Shown here: piece after piece, positions 20,566 through 27,123 of the stretch | Numbering within the stretch: position 1 is the stretch's first letter | How the letters are laid out: every line of letters starts with the position of its first letter | Source: a virus | Lineage: Duplodnaviria > Caudoviricetes | IMG/VR virus record: IMGVR_UViG_3300044507_000128 | Span: 1-29,038 of that record | DNA length: 29,038 nucleotides | Direction: 5' to 3' (one strand) | Notes under the pieces: model-generated | The model's input: the letters and a program-made list of their open reading frames with translations, nothing else | What the model was told of the DNA's origin: nothing | The model's database searches: none | Made by a program: the position numbers and the translations under genes

Positions 20566-20593
20566 AAAGCACATGGATCGTGCTTTGTTCTTT
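20566..20593 (+). terminator. Hairpin / possible weak intrinsic terminator with AUGGA in the loop
   Basis: AAAGCAC-ATGGATC-GTGCTTT followed by GTTCTTT; A-run upstream, so it could also act on the minus strand. Confidence 0.5.
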
Positions 20594-20602
20594 AAAATAT
20601 AA

Positions 20603-20630
20603 CTAAACTTTTTTCTAGTTATGCCGATAA
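20603..20630 (+). promoter_or_regulatory. Sigma-28 (FliA/SigD)-type promoter P2, perfect core consensus
   Basis: C-TAAA-(15 nt)-GCCGATAA. Confidence 0.82.
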
Positions 20631-20637
20631 GTATATA

Positions 20638-20657
20638 AGATTACAATAAAGTAATCT
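20638..20657 (+). promoter_or_regulatory. 5' leader hairpin with AAUAAA loop
   Basis: AGATTAC-AATAAA-GTAATCT, starting at the predicted +1 of P2. Confidence 0.65.
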
Positions 20658-20674
20658 CAAAGTGAGGAAAAGTT

Positions 20675-20947
20675 ATGAACAAATTTCTTGGTTACACATT
20701 AGTTGGCTTAGTTAAAGCTGTTAATAAAAGTAATTCTGAGATATCGCATGCTTACGAAGTGCGTGTTCAGAACGTTATTGGAAGACAAGAGACAAAGATC
20801 GCGCAGATCCAAGAAGTAGATCGTGACTATGGAAGACTTCGTATGAAAGAAAGTCAGTTTGCTAAGATATCCAATGGCTACTGTCAGTTCATAACTGAAG
20901 AAGAGTTCCACCAATTATGGTTGAACTCAGATCAGAAGGTTTCATGA
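20675..20947 (+). CDS. Hypothetical protein
   Basis: 90 aa, GAGGA ribosome-binding site; stop overlaps the next start (ATGA). Confidence 0.72.
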   Translation: MNKFLGYTLVGLVKAVNKSNSEISHAYEVRVQNVIGRQETKIAQIQEVDRDYGRLRMKESQFAKISNGYCQFITEEEFHQLWLNSDQKVS

Positions 20948-21654
20948 AAACCGTACTACTTATACTATTTATAACTATAAATTGTCAAGCTAAGAATATT
21001 AGAGTAGCAGTTATTGACACAGGATTGAACTCTATTGATGGTAAAGTTCCTTTATGCAAAGAAGGTCACAAGAGTTTCGTAAGTGATGGTCTACCATTCG
21101 TAGATCATCACGGGCATGGAACTAATATAGCGAATCTTATAAAGGATAATTCTAATGCTTTAATAAAAGGTCGTTATTGTCTCGTCATATTGAAATTCTA
21201 CGATCCATTAAATAATGGGTCTCACAATTTAGAACGCATGATAGCTGCTATAAAGTATGCAACTAAGTTGAAAGTCGATGTCATCAATATATCCGGTGGC
21301 GGTACTGATTTCTCAAGTGAAGAAAGAACCGCGATAGAGAGAGCGTTAAACTTAGGGATTAAAATAGTAGCTGCGGCTGGAAATGAACGTAGTAATCTTA
21401 AATATAAACCTTACTATCCAGCTTCTTACGATCACAGGATATATGTTATTGGATCAACGGATCCAGACGGTAAGTTATCTGAATTCTCAAACTATGGTGA
21501 TCAAGTGTATCAATACGAGATGGGTGAAGACGTTCTAGCTGGAAAATATAAGATGTCTGGAACGTCTCAAGCTACGGCAATATTTACAGGTAAGTTCTTA
21601 TTAGATGTGTACAATGCAAAAAATGGTTTAGAATGTATAGGGAGATCAAAATGA
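20944..21654 (+). CDS. Subtilisin-family (S8) serine protease with signal peptide and no prodomain
   Basis: Asp (VAVIDTG), His (DHHGHGTNIA), oxyanion Asn (AAAGN), Ser (MSGTSQAT). Start moved to ATG 20944 (ATGA coupling), giving MKTVLLILFITINCQA. Confidence 0.92.
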   Translation: MKTVLLILFITINCQAKNIRVAVIDTGLNSIDGKVPLCKEGHKSFVSDGLPFVDHHGHGTNIANLIKDNSNALIKGRYCLVILKFYDPLNNGSHNLERMIAAIKYATKLKVDVINISGGGTDFSSEERTAIERALNLGIKIVAAAGNERSNLKYKPYYPASYDHRIYVIGSTDPDGKLSEFSNYGDQVYQYEMGEDVLAGKYKMSGTSQATAIFTGKFLLDVYNAKNGLECIGRSK

Positions 21655-21851
21655 TCGATCAGATTTATATGAACATCAAAGAAGGATACTGCAACGTTTA
21701 CTTGACTAGCGGTAGATTCTATACACTTACCAGTGACGAGGACATCGTAGGATTCACCGACTGGTTCTTCAAGCGTGACGGTGTATTGTTAAGTTTAGAG
21801 CGACTAGTAGCTTGTTCCGAAGAAACTATAGTATTAAGGGATGTTGCGTGA
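21651..21851 (+). CDS. Hypothetical protein
   Basis: GGAG site and ATGA overlap support the start at 21651. Confidence 0.65.
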   Translation: MIDQIYMNIKEGYCNVYLTSGRFYTLTSDEDIVGFTDWFFKRDGVLLSLERLVACSEETIVLRDVA

Positions 21852-22012
21852 ACAAGAGAATTAAATATATTTTGTTATGGACGTTATTGATGGTTGTTCC
21901 AGGTGGAAGTCTAGTAGCGCTAAAGTTGATACATAACATATGTAAGGATCCAGTTAGACGAAAGAAGATGTTAGACAAGATAAATAGATTCTATGATAGG
22001 AGATTAAGATGA
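21848..22012 (+). CDS. Small membrane protein
   Basis: GTGA-coupled start; hydrophobic ILLWTLLMVVPGGSLVAL followed by a basic tail. Confidence 0.6.
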   Translation: MNKRIKYILLWTLLMVVPGGSLVALKLIHNICKDPVRRKKMLDKINRFYDRRLR

Positions 22013-22215
22013 AGACAAATCCAGATGACAATGCTTTCCAAGAAGGTAGTTTCGGTAAAACTAACACTCTAACTAAAAGAGAGTACTTTGCTGCAATGGT
22101 GCTACAAGGTTTGTGTTCTTTAGAAAGAATTATTACAGTTGATAAAAGTGAACTTGCTGTAGAAATAGCAGATAAATTAATAGACGAACTTAATAAAGGT
22201 ATTAAAGATGAGTAA
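22009..22215 (+). CDS. Conserved small phage protein ([LM]T[KL]R[ED]YFAA..[LM]QG family)
   Basis: AF...LTKREYFAAMVLQGL...AVEIADKLIDELN matches a widespread phage family of unknown function; AGGAG site. Confidence 0.8.
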   Translation: MKTNPDDNAFQEGSFGKTNTLTKREYFAAMVLQGLCSLERIITVDKSELAVEIADKLIDELNKGIKDE

Positions 22216-22306
22216 TGCTATACTAGCTATATCATGTGTAATTGGTATCGTTATCTTTACTTACTTCCTCCCATGTGATAATGGTGAATGGAGAGACTAT
22301 GAATAA
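22208..22306 (+). CDS. 32-aa single-TM peptide
   Basis: Manual translation MSNAILAISCVIGIVIFTYFLPCDNGEWRDYE; overlaps both neighbours by 8 nt; AAAGGT upstream. Confidence 0.55.
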   Translation: MSNAILAISCVIGIVIFTYFLPCDNGEWRDYE

Positions 22307-22550
22307 CTTTCACACTACAGTTCGAGGAGCTTATCTCCTAAAGTGGAAACAGGGTGATGATCTATACGAGATCCATTCTATGCGCAACGCATACGAAGGT
22401 ACACTCATGAGCATCGCTAAGAAGGCGTGTTCCTTAGGTGTGAAAAAATCACATCTTATCTATGCGCTAGAGGAGATGCACTCTAGCGACATGAACGTAG
22501 CTGAGTTTACCGCTGATGGTAATCTGATGACTATGTACAGAAGGAACTAG
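22299..22550 (+). CDS. Hypothetical protein
   Basis: Start moved to ATG 22299 (GGAG upstream): MNNFHTTVRGAYLLKW... Confidence 0.65.
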   Translation: MNNFHTTVRGAYLLKWKQGDDLYEIHSMRNAYEGTLMSIAKKACSLGVKKSHLIYALEEMHSSDMNVAEFTADGNLMTMYRRN

Positions 22551-22552
22551 AT

Positions 22553-22681
22553 ATGAAAAAAGTTAGAATGCTAAGACGAACATTGATCTATGTTAGACTA
22601 TTAAGTTTGATAGGGTTCTTCGGTATGTTGATCGTTGGAAGTGCATTCTTATTTAGTCTGATTGTTGGAGGAGTTGTATGA
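22553..22681 (+). CDS. 42-aa membrane peptide
   Basis: MKKVRMLRRTLIYVRLLSLIGFFGMLIVGSAFLFSLIVGGVV; AAGGA site. Confidence 0.6.
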   Translation: MKKVRMLRRTLIYVRLLSLIGFFGMLIVGSAFLFSLIVGGVV

Positions 22682-22779
22682 AAAATAATCTATTTATTGC
22701 TACACTAGTAGCACTTGCGATTGCGGCTTGCTACTGTATGGGTGAGTTAGTTATGGCTATGTTAAGGATTGGGCAATGA
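22678..22779 (+). CDS. 33-aa hydrophobic peptide (lipobox-like AIAAC)
   Basis: MKNNLFIATLVALAIAACYCMGELVMAMLRIGQ; GGAGGAG site; ATGA overlap. Confidence 0.6.
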   Translation: MKNNLFIATLVALAIAACYCMGELVMAMLRIGQ

Positions 22780-22856
22780 TCACAAACGTAGTCATTATCG
22801 CTTTTCTAGTTCTTATAACTTGGTTGAAATCTAAGACAACTGGTCGTAGGAGATAG
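22776..22856 (+). CDS. 26-aa membrane peptide
   Basis: MITNVVIIAFLVLITWLKSKTTGRRR; AAGGA site; ATGA overlap. Confidence 0.55.
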   Translation: MITNVVIIAFLVLITWLKSKTTGRRR

Positions 22857-22857
22857 T

Positions 22858-23064
22858 ATGTTGTCGGTAGACTACCTAGTTGCAGAGATCAAGCGGGAGT
22901 TGAGATACTTTCAACAAGGTGCAATGGCGTATATAGTTGAGTACCGTAGGAAGACAATACCACCACGGGAGTTAGCGTTGATGGAGTTGGTTGTGCGAAT
23001 GCAGGATAGTAAGATCGTTGATGATAAGTTCAAGGACATGAAGGAAGCGAAGGGGATAGAGTGA
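22858..23064 (+). CDS. Hypothetical protein
   Basis: 68 aa, AGGAG site. Confidence 0.68.
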   Translation: MLSVDYLVAEIKRELRYFQQGAMAYIVEYRRKTIPPRELALMELVVRMQDSKIVDDKFKDMKEAKGIE

Positions 23065-23384
23065 TGAGAACCTATCACGTTAGACTAGAGAAACTGAACG
23101 GCAACCACATAACGTCAAGAACTGGGAAGTCAATCGTTAAGGGAACGTGTGATAGACTACCTAACGAGATGACCCATGAGGAAGACCGATTCTATGTGTT
23201 CTACGGCGCTGATGAGAAGTGTGAATCACCTGGGGTAGGGATGGAAGTTCACGGCTTAGAGATGATGGGTGGAAACGAGTTTCAGTTCTATGACTATGAG
23301 GGTAAGAAGTTTCAGGTGACAGTTTTAGAAGAATTAGAAAAAAATAAAGGACACAAAAAAGTGTCCTTTACGAACGAAGAATAA
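23061..23384 (+). CDS. Hypothetical protein
   Basis: 107 aa, GAGGGG site, GTGA overlap; ATG 23064 is an alternative start. Confidence 0.68.
   Translation: MMRTYHVRLEKLNGNHITSRTGKSIVKGTCDRLPNEMTHEEDRFYVFYGADEKCESPGVGMEVHGLEMMGGNEFQFYDYEGKKFQVTVLEELEKNKGHKKVSFTNEE
23338..23370 (-). terminator. Intrinsic terminator after the tail tube gene
   Basis: TAAAGGACAC-N6-GTGTCCTTTA perfect 10-bp stem followed by a 7-nt U tract on the minus strand, 25 nt after the tube stop codon. Confidence 0.75.
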
Positions 23385-23395
23385 TAAAAATTATA

Positions 23396-23803
23396 TTACA
23401 TCCCTCTGCCAATTACACCTTGGAAATGCCATGTTCCTGACCAAACACCACGAGCATCAACAGTTCCGTTTCCTCCAGCCCATTTAACCCCAGATATTGT
23501 GTATTCTACTCGATCATCTACCGAATTATACAACTCCATCGTCAAGCTACCTTGACTGAGGATCGCTCTAATATCATTTGGTGCGATTCCTAATTGTGCG
23601 GTTGCGTTCCCGTCAATCTTAAAAATATTGCAATCGAAAGAAACCTTATGTGCAGTTTCCGCTAACTCAGCTACTTGTAATTGATCTAACACATCTACGG
23701 GTGTTAAAGTATTTTCTTCTGTGATACTTATACTTGCTACAAACGCTACTTTTGTACCGTTAATCTTTAAACTGGCCTTACTGCCAGTGAGTATTTGACT
23801 CAT
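23396..23803 (-). CDS. Tail tube protein (contractile tail; SPO1/Twort-like pattern)
   Basis: 135 aa; ILTGSKASLKINGTKVAFVASISI.E....VDVLD....EL...V, then YTISGVKW and a terminal aromatic strand; AGGAG site. Confidence 0.75.
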   Translation of the reverse strand: MSQILTGSKASLKINGTKVAFVASISITEENTLTPVDVLDQLQVAELAETAHKVSFDCNIFKIDGNATAQLGIAPNDIRAILSQGSLTMELYNSVDDRVEYTISGVKWAGGNGTVDARGVWSGTWHFQGVIGRGM

Positions 23804-23816
23804 GCTATTCTCCTAA

Positions 23817-23833
23817 ACCACACTCTATGTGGT
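23817..23833. promoter_or_regulatory. Intergenic hairpin just upstream of the tube ribosome-binding site
   Basis: ACCACA-CTCTA-TGTGGT; a T-run follows on the plus strand. Could be an mRNA-stabilising stem or a plus-strand terminator. Confidence 0.4.
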
Positions 23834-23838
23834 GCTTT

Positions 23839-24441
23839 TTATTTATTGTAAACGTCTTTAACTTTTATATACAGATGACCACTTTGTGGGTCAGGAACTA
23901 TCTCCCCAGCTCTGCTACCTAACGAATCTTGAATTTTCCTAGCGTTTCCCCATTGATTATGGTCGTTACCGTGAGCTTCTCTAACATAAATAATCATGTC
24001 GTTACCAACTCTGTTAAAGAATCCAGCTCCAGATTGTTCTACAGCATTAGCAATTTTCAAAGGGTCGACTTTACTTTTAGATTTTAACTCTGAAGGTTTT
24101 TTAGCTGTTGTATGTCCTCTTACTCCTGAACCAGGACCACCTTTCTCTAATTTATCTATAAGTTCTTCTTCGGTTGATTTTTTAAATTTCTTTGAATCAA
24201 CTCTACTTAAAGCTGTTTCCATCTCTCTAGCTATGTGTCTTGGAACTGAAGAAAAATTATTATCTGTTTCTGTCTTATGTTCTTTTCCAGTAGGTGTACT
24301 GTTATCAACAGATAAGTTTCCTTTACGTTTGCGTTTCTGCTTATCTGGACCTCTACCTTTTTCCATCTCTTCTACCAAATCATTTATATCTTCGGTGTAA
24401 GGTCTGCCCTCTGACTTATACATAAATTTCGGATCTGACAT
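23839..24441 (-). CDS. Charged hypothetical protein, possible internal head protein (KGGPGSG motif)
   Basis: 200 aa, K/E-rich; LEKGGPGSGVRGH; four hydrophobic-x-K-[S/G] sites; AAGGAG site. Confidence 0.55.
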   Translation of the reverse strand: MSDPKFMYKSEGRPYTEDINDLVEEMEKGRGPDKQKRKRKGNLSVDNSTPTGKEHKTETDNNFSSVPRHIAREMETALSRVDSKKFKKSTEEELIDKLEKGGPGSGVRGHTTAKKPSELKSKSKVDPLKIANAVEQSGAGFFNRVGNDMIIYVREAHGNDHNQWGNARKIQDSLGSRAGEIVPDPQSGHLYIKVKDVYNK

Positions 24442-24442
24442 G

Positions 24443-24952
24443 TTATTTAGTCTCCTTTTCTATCTGTTCAAAATACGCTCGAGTACATTCAAACAAATCC
24501 GTTTGTGTCAATAATTGATTCCTATCCTCAAACGATATTGCATGTTCTTGATCCATCCCATCCACAAAGATAAACTCACACATCGTAGGATCTATGGACT
24601 TAAGCATCAGCTTGGTACCTGGCATTATCGTCTTCACGATATCAACGAACTTGTCACTACCGGCACTCTTACCGTTCGAGTAGAAACCGTCATTACCATC
24701 AGACTTACTCATAAGTTCAGACGTTCTATACCTTAATGGTCTCATGACCTGAAGTGGCCAGTTGTTCTGGATCCTAACCTCAAGTAGTTTAACCATCGCA
24801 GGCATCGCCTTCTGTAGGTAATCTATCGCTTGTTGTTGCTCTTGGCGGATACCTTCCGTCTTCTGAAGCATCTCTCGGAATGAACCATAAGTTCCAGGTC
24901 GTCGTAACGGATTATGTACCTTAGGTTCTGGCCAGATTACTTTCTTACTCAT
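24443..24952 (-). CDS. Hypothetical protein (possibly virion-associated; leaderless start)
   Basis: 169 aa; no SD; TATAAT ends 6 nt before the ATG. Confidence 0.65.
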   Translation of the reverse strand: MSKKVIWPEPKVHNPLRRPGTYGSFREMLQKTEGIRQEQQQAIDYLQKAMPAMVKLLEVRIQNNWPLQVMRPLRYRTSELMSKSDGNDGFYSNGKSAGSDKFVDIVKTIMPGTKLMLKSIDPTMCEFIFVDGMDQEHAISFEDRNQLLTQTDLFECTRAYFEQIEKETK

Positions 24953-24957
24953 AGGTT

Positions 24958-24967
24958 GATTATATCT
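24958..24967 (-). promoter_or_regulatory. Variant late promoter motif AGATATAATC
   Basis: 8/10 match to TGATATAATT at the head of the tube-containing unit. Confidence 0.55.
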
Positions 24968-25077
24968 AAACTATATTAGGAATGCTTAATTTTGAGGTAA
25001 ACCTAATAGGATTGATCTAGAGATCAGTGGCTAAAAAGATGTGTACTTGTGGATAACATGGTGATAGTTTAGTCTTT

Positions 25078-25524
25078 ATGGCAAAGTTGAAGTCATTCCA
25101 AGATCAGGTTTACGGTAATTGGTTCGGCTACGGTTGGGGTGTCATGACATTCCATAACGAAGATGAGGAATCCACAAAGATTGATTTCGATCCAGAGATT
25201 GAATCATGGATAGATGTTAAATACTTCTGGAGAAATAGACGAAAGATAATAGCTCTTGAGAACATAGGTCTTACGAATTATCTTAGCGTATTAACAAAGA
25301 TTTTGTGGTCGCGATTAAGACTTAAGTTAAGGAGTTACCGAATGTCCTCAGATAAGAAAATCAAACTACCAAAGATTGAAAAAAATACTAATTCCACCGT
25401 TGATGACCGAAAACATCGTTTTAACCTAAACTGCTCGTTCTGTAGACCTAACAAGGGTGAGAACAAGAAGAACTACAAGAAACACGGGACAAAGAAACCA
25501 AAGAAGAAAGACCACCGAAGATGA
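25078..25524 (+). CDS. Hypothetical protein with basic CxxC C-terminal part; strong internal in-frame start at 25342
   Basis: 148-aa ORF; TAAGGAG lies 7 nt before the in-frame ATG 25342. Confidence 0.55.
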   Translation: MAKLKSFQDQVYGNWFGYGWGVMTFHNEDEESTKIDFDPEIESWIDVKYFWRNRRKIIALENIGLTNYLSVLTKILWSRLRLKLRSYRMSSDKKIKLPKIEKNTNSTVDDRKHRFNLNCSFCRPNKGENKKNYKKHGTKKPKKKDHRR

Positions 25525-25745
25525 CACGACTAGAAGCTAATAGAGAGATACTAAAAGTGTTATCTCAAGTTGTTGAGAGATATCCTGACTTTCGTTTTAA
25601 CCAACTTCTAGTAGGTATCGAACTAATAAGTACCAATTACGACGAAACATTAGGAACGCGTTATTGGAACAACGAATTTTACACAGAATCAACAGATATC
25701 CTTGAACGAATAACGAATGAACAGAATAAGTTGTGGAACTTATGA
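25521..25745 (+). CDS. Hypothetical phage protein (YPDFRFNQL motif)
   Basis: 74 aa, ATGA-coupled at both ends; the P.[LFW]RF.Q motif recurs in small phage proteins. Confidence 0.7.
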   Translation: MTRLEANREILKVLSQVVERYPDFRFNQLLVGIELISTNYDETLGTRYWNNEFYTESTDILERITNEQNKLWNL

Positions 25746-26320
25746 CTAAACATATTGTACGCTACGCGCTCGACCTTGAGCTCGAACAACCGAAGACTAA
25801 CCCTCAGACTCCGGACTCTATGCTGGATGAAGAGAAGATCATTCAGATCGGTGTAGTGTTCTTCAATGTTTTGACGGAAGAGGTTCTAGAGTATAAGTCA
25901 TGGTACATAAACATCGGAGTTCCTTTATCAACTTTCATAAAGAAACTTACTAGAATCACTCAAGCGGATGTTGATGGTGGAACTGATATACAAACAGCTT
26001 ACAACGAGTTACTAGAGATAATAGGCAAGTACAAGTGTTTCCGTCAACCAGTAACGTGGGGCGGTGGAGATCTAAGAGCACTGCAGAAAGAAGTTGGTCG
26101 AGAGACTCTAGGACGGAACGAGATGAATGTTAAGACTTTGTTCCAAGCGTATGCACCTCTAGTAGGAATTAAAGCTAGATGTGGACTAGAGAAAGCTTGT
26201 AACAGAGTAGGTATTGGTTTTAGAGGTAGAGGTCATGACGCCGTAACTGATGCGTATTCAACGGCTAGAATTTATTGTTATTTTATGAAGAAAATGATTA
26301 AAGAAGTAAAAAATGATTAA
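25742..26320 (+). CDS. DEDDh 3'-5' exonuclease (ERI-1/KapD-like)
   Basis: ExoI ALDLELE...IIQIG, ExoII TWGGGD, ExoIII GHDAVTDA; start moved to ATG 25742 (ATGA). Confidence 0.9.
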   Translation: MTKHIVRYALDLELEQPKTNPQTPDSMLDEEKIIQIGVVFFNVLTEEVLEYKSWYINIGVPLSTFIKKLTRITQADVDGGTDIQTAYNELLEIIGKYKCFRQPVTWGGGDLRALQKEVGRETLGRNEMNVKTLFQAYAPLVGIKARCGLEKACNRVGIGFRGRGHDAVTDAYSTARIYCYFMKKMIKEVKND

Positions 26321-26873
26321 TTTAGAAGGTAAAATTTTTAGTAATCTAGTTGTAATAAGTTTTGATAGATTAGGTAAAAATCGTCACCCATATTGGTGGT
26401 GCAAATGTTTATTATGTAATAACATAAAATCTTTCAGAAAAACGCAGTTGATTAATAAAGAAGCTATAAGTTGTGGATGTTACAAACTATCAGTATTAAA
26501 TAAATATAAATTTAAAAAAAAATTGCCACCAGGAGTTGCGGCGTTTAATAGTTTGCTAAATGCTTATAAAATGGGAGCTAAAAAAAGAGGTAGAATATTT
26601 GCGTTAACCGCAGAACAATTCTTAAAATTTACACAATTAAATTGTTCTTATTGTGGTTCTCCACCATCGCAAGTACACAAAATCGCGCATAATTTAAGGT
26701 CTGAATATACATATACTGGTGTAGATAGGATTGACAATAACGTAGATTACACGTTAGATAATTGTAAATCATGTTGTAGTAATTGCAATAGATCAAAATA
26801 TATGTTATCTGAACAAGATTTTAAAAATCATGTAGAAAAAATGTATAATTTTATGTTTAAAGGTAATAGTTAA
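26313..26873 (+). CDS. Free-standing HNH-type (Cys-rich) homing endonuclease
   Basis: NLEGKIFSNLVV...WWCKC...SCGC N-domain; CSYCG...GVDRIDNNVDYTLDNCKSCCSNCNRSK nuclease core; visibly more AT-rich than its neighbours. Confidence 0.85.
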   Translation: MINLEGKIFSNLVVISFDRLGKNRHPYWWCKCLLCNNIKSFRKTQLINKEAISCGCYKLSVLNKYKFKKKLPPGVAAFNSLLNAYKMGAKKRGRIFALTAEQFLKFTQLNCSYCGSPPSQVHKIAHNLRSEYTYTGVDRIDNNVDYTLDNCKSCCSNCNRSKYMLSEQDFKNHVEKMYNFMFKGNS

Positions 26874-26877
26874 TTTT

Positions 26878-27123
26878 ATGGGTAAATTTAAGGATCTTAT
26901 GATAGACGACAACGAGTTAGATTGGTCTGTACCTATTTTTGATTGGAGTGACGAGATGATACATAGTTTACCAGTTGAGGGTAGCGGCTATTATTTATTT
27001 AATTTTCCTGACGGTATATCGGTAGATACAACCCAACGGTGTTCCCACAATATGGTCGACTACATAGGTTTCACTCAGAAGTATAAGTACTGCACTAAAT
27101 GCAATTACCAAGAGAATATATGA
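26878..27123 (+). CDS. Hypothetical protein with C-terminal zinc ribbon
   Basis: CSH...YCTKC. Confidence 0.65.
   Translation: MGKFKDLMIDDNELDWSVPIFDWSDEMIHSLPVEGSGYYLFNFPDGISVDTTQRCSHNMVDYIGFTQKYKYCTKCNYQENI

Noticed and set aside
20708-24736. ORFs 20708-20914 (-), 23996-24400 (+) and 24515-24736 (+)
   Set aside because: Fully antisense to better-supported genes.
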